Shown here in pieces: positions 61,482 through 64,000 of a stretch of 64,000 nt of DNA. The notes below the pieces were generated by a model. That model had not been told where the DNA came from and did no database searches. It saw only the letters and a list, made by a program, of their open reading frames with translations. The DNA comes from Yuukianura sp. NJ FZ-2021. Lineage: Eukaryota. Position 1 is the stretch's first letter. Each line of letters starts with the position of its first letter. Location: NCBI GenBank assembly GCA_046563655.1, contig CM102287.1:1178001-1242000 (forward strand), given 5' to 3'. The translations under genes were made by a program, and so were the position numbers.

Positions 61482-64000
61482 TCAGCGCTTTTTAGGTTTT
61501 GTAAGGCGGGAAATAAGTGACAGAGCTTTTGTACGCGCCGCACGCATTGGTTGAGCAGAAATCGCTGGATTTACGCTGGCAGGGGCGCAAATTACGGGGT
61601 TTTCGCTCGCAACAGGGAGCAGGGAATCCTGTGCGGGTAAAACTGGTGGAAGTGGGATTTCTGGGGCGGGGCTTTCTGGGGGAACATTTTCGACATCATT
61701 TTGGGGGTCAAAATTTGGGGTCAACTCAGGAAGCGTAAAAGGGCTAATTTCGGGAACTTCAGGGGGCAAACTCGGAATTTCAAGGGGGATTGGATCGGGG
61801 GTAATTTCTGGAGCCTGTAACGACTGAGGGGGTTCAGAATCATCGTCAGACGACTCACGGGAACTACTGTCAAAGTCGGAAACATCATAAAGACGCTGGT
61901 GGTAAGGTTTTAATCGTTGTACGTTAACGACTGTCTCGTGAGGTTTTCGAGGTGGGACCGAAGAAACACGAACAGTTCCATTTGCAAGGACGTCAATGAC
62001 CTTGTAAGGGCCAATCCATTTCTTGGTGAATTTTCCAACGTGACCTTTTTTCCTCTGAAAGTTCCGGAGTAGAACTTTCATGCCAGCGACGTAGGTGGGG
62101 AAACGAATCTGCATTTGAGCTTTTACTCGTAAGAGCTGTTGCTCACGAGACAACTCATGGGCTACGTTGTTGGCGATGAATAATCTGTCAAAAGAATCAT
62201 TAGGGGTCAAATAATCTTGGGGAAGGGGAAACAACTTATCTACCGGCAAAACCGGCTCCCGACCAAAGACAAGAAAATATGGGGAGAAATTAGTTACCCG
62301 ATGTACAGAACAATTGACGGAGAAAACTGCTTTGGGAAGATGGATATCCCAATCTTTATGGTTTTCACTTACGAATTTGGCGATGACAGACTTTACCGTT
62401 CCGTTATGTCTCTCACAGACACCGTTTGACTTGGGATTATAGGCAGTCGTTGAGCGGTGGTCAATGGAATGGAGGGCAAGGAAATCCTCAAACTCTTCGG
62501 ACTGGAAAACCGTACCACGGTCTGACAGAATTATCTTGGGAATACCATGACGACACAGGACGTGTTTGGTAAGGACTTTGATCGCTTGAGCAGAATCTGC
62601 TGAGGGGACGGGCCAAGCTTCAACGTAACGAGTGTGGAGATCAACTATGGTCAAAATATAGGTGTTTCTCCTCGCTGTGATGGGAAAGGGGCCAAGATAG
62701 TCCACAGCAAGTGCGTTAAAGGGAATGGCGGGAACGTCAAGGCCAACGCTATTCGGGGGAGAGCGAAGTTCCGTCGATTATGTACTTGACACAAGTGGCA
62801 AGATGTGACAAATTTGACTAAGTCACGGTACATCCGGGGCCAGTAGAACCGGGGACGAAGGAGATGCCAGGATTTGTGTAGTCCAAGGTGACTAAGGGAG
62901 TCATTGTGGACGGATTCCATGGAGGATTTTCTGAGGGACTTAGGGAGACAAAGACGCCAAAGGTTACCAAATTCAGAGTAGTTCATTTTGTACAAAACTC
63001 CATCACGCAGACTAAATTCGCTCAACTTTTTCGGTTCCGCTAAGGAGTGGGGCTTACCTAGCTGCTCTGCTTTTAAGTACTCAATTATGGGTAGCCATTC
63101 TGGCTCTTTAAGTTGGAGTTCCTTCAACTTTGACTCACGGACTTTCCGGGGAGCTTCAGGGGAAACTGCTAAAGCCAGAAGATGATGTGTAATGGCCAAA
63201 TGGTCTGTGTCAGAAGGGGCGGGGTCAACGGGGTTTCGGGAAAGCGGGTCCGCATCCGTGTGGATACGGCCACTCTTGTGGACAACAGTAAAGTCGTAGG
63301 GCTGAAGGGCTAATGACCAACGGGAAATTTGGCCATAGGGGTCCTTGAATTTGAGCATGTCACAGAGGGAATGGTGGTCTGTGACAACTTTAAAATGACG
63401 CCCGTATAAATACGGACGAAATTTTTCGACAGCCCAAACAAACGCTTTCATTTCCAATTGGGGGGTTCCAAACTTTAACTCGGAGGGGGACAGAGCTCGC
63501 GAAGCAAAAGCTACAACTCTCTCTACACCATCTTGGATTTGACAAAGCGTTGCTCCGAAACCAAGTCCAGACGCATCACAATGGACGGACGTCTCTGCTT
63601 CTTCATCGGGAAACGCTAGGACTGGGGGAGAAGTAAGTTTGTCTTTCAGGGTTTGGAACGCAACTTCTGCTTCGGGGGTCCAGAAAAATGGGGAACCACG
63701 CTTTGCAGCGATTATAAGGTGGAGGGGACGGGCAATTTCCGCGAAACCTTTAATAAACCTTCTGTAGTAACTGCAAAGACCAACAAAGGAACGGACATTT
63801 TTAACAGTCGTGGGGGTAGGGAAATCACGTACTGCTTGGGTTTTCTGGGGATCAACTGCAATTCCTTCACGGGAGACAATGTGACCAAGGAATTTCAAAG
63901 AATCTTCGGCAAAGTAACACTTTTTGGGTTTTAAACTGAGACCAGCTTTACGGAGAGCACAGAAAATCTGCGCTAGGTGGTCTAAGTGTTCTTCAAAGGA
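61482..64000 (-). CDS. pol: Gypsy pol (RT C-terminus, RNase H, integrase); frameshift near 62750
   Basis: KFLGHIVS, VRSFVGLCSYYRRFI, HCDASG and TDHHSL; integrase HHCC (HNDSLSHLG...CHLCQ); DYLGP, SDRG, NGVCERHN and the GPY motif. Confidence 0.93.

Larger units (their letters stand above)
59661..64000 (-). mobile_element. Ty3/Gypsy LTR retrotransposon (3' part; continues beyond the window)
   Basis: The satellite stops abruptly at a TG at 59661. Domain order on the minus strand is RT-RNaseH-integrase. Confidence 0.95.

Noticed and set aside
61482..61900. Chromodomain at the Gypsy integrase C-terminus
   Set aside because: The tail after the GPY motif is Pro/Glu-rich low complexity, with no chromodomain aromatic pattern visible.
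60222..63934. Plus-strand ORFs over the Gypsy element
   Set aside because: They are antisense shadows of the minus-strand coding regions.

Overview
Eukaryotic (probably animal) heterochromatin-like window. About two thirds of it (1426-59660, minus the insertions) is one tandem satellite built from a 155-bp monomer and a 388-bp unit. The many repeated 61-64 aa ORFs are artefacts of this satellite. Four mobile elements interrupt the array. (1) A tRNA-headed SINE with a 13-bp target site duplication (TSD), 19991-20429. (2) A complete 15.2-kb Polinton/Maverick (adintovirus-like) element, 21212-36376, with TG...CA termini, terminal inverted repeats (TIRs) and a 6-bp TSD. It encodes major and minor capsid proteins, an adenain-like protease, integrase, packaging ATPase, protein-primed PolB, a BIR-RING IAP and a PC4-domain protein. 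(3) A 546-bp TRIM with a tRNA cloverleaf in each LTR, 44840-45385. (4) The 3' part of a Ty3/Gypsy element with an extra ORF, 59661-64000. The most striking candidates are inside the Polinton: a tRNA-like Pol III promoter positioned to transcribe a ~110-bp hairpin ending at a T7 terminator (a possible analogue of adenovirus VA RNA), and at least 14 spliceosomal introns, including in PolB and the ATPase. All family assignments come from motif recognition by eye; no database searches were run.
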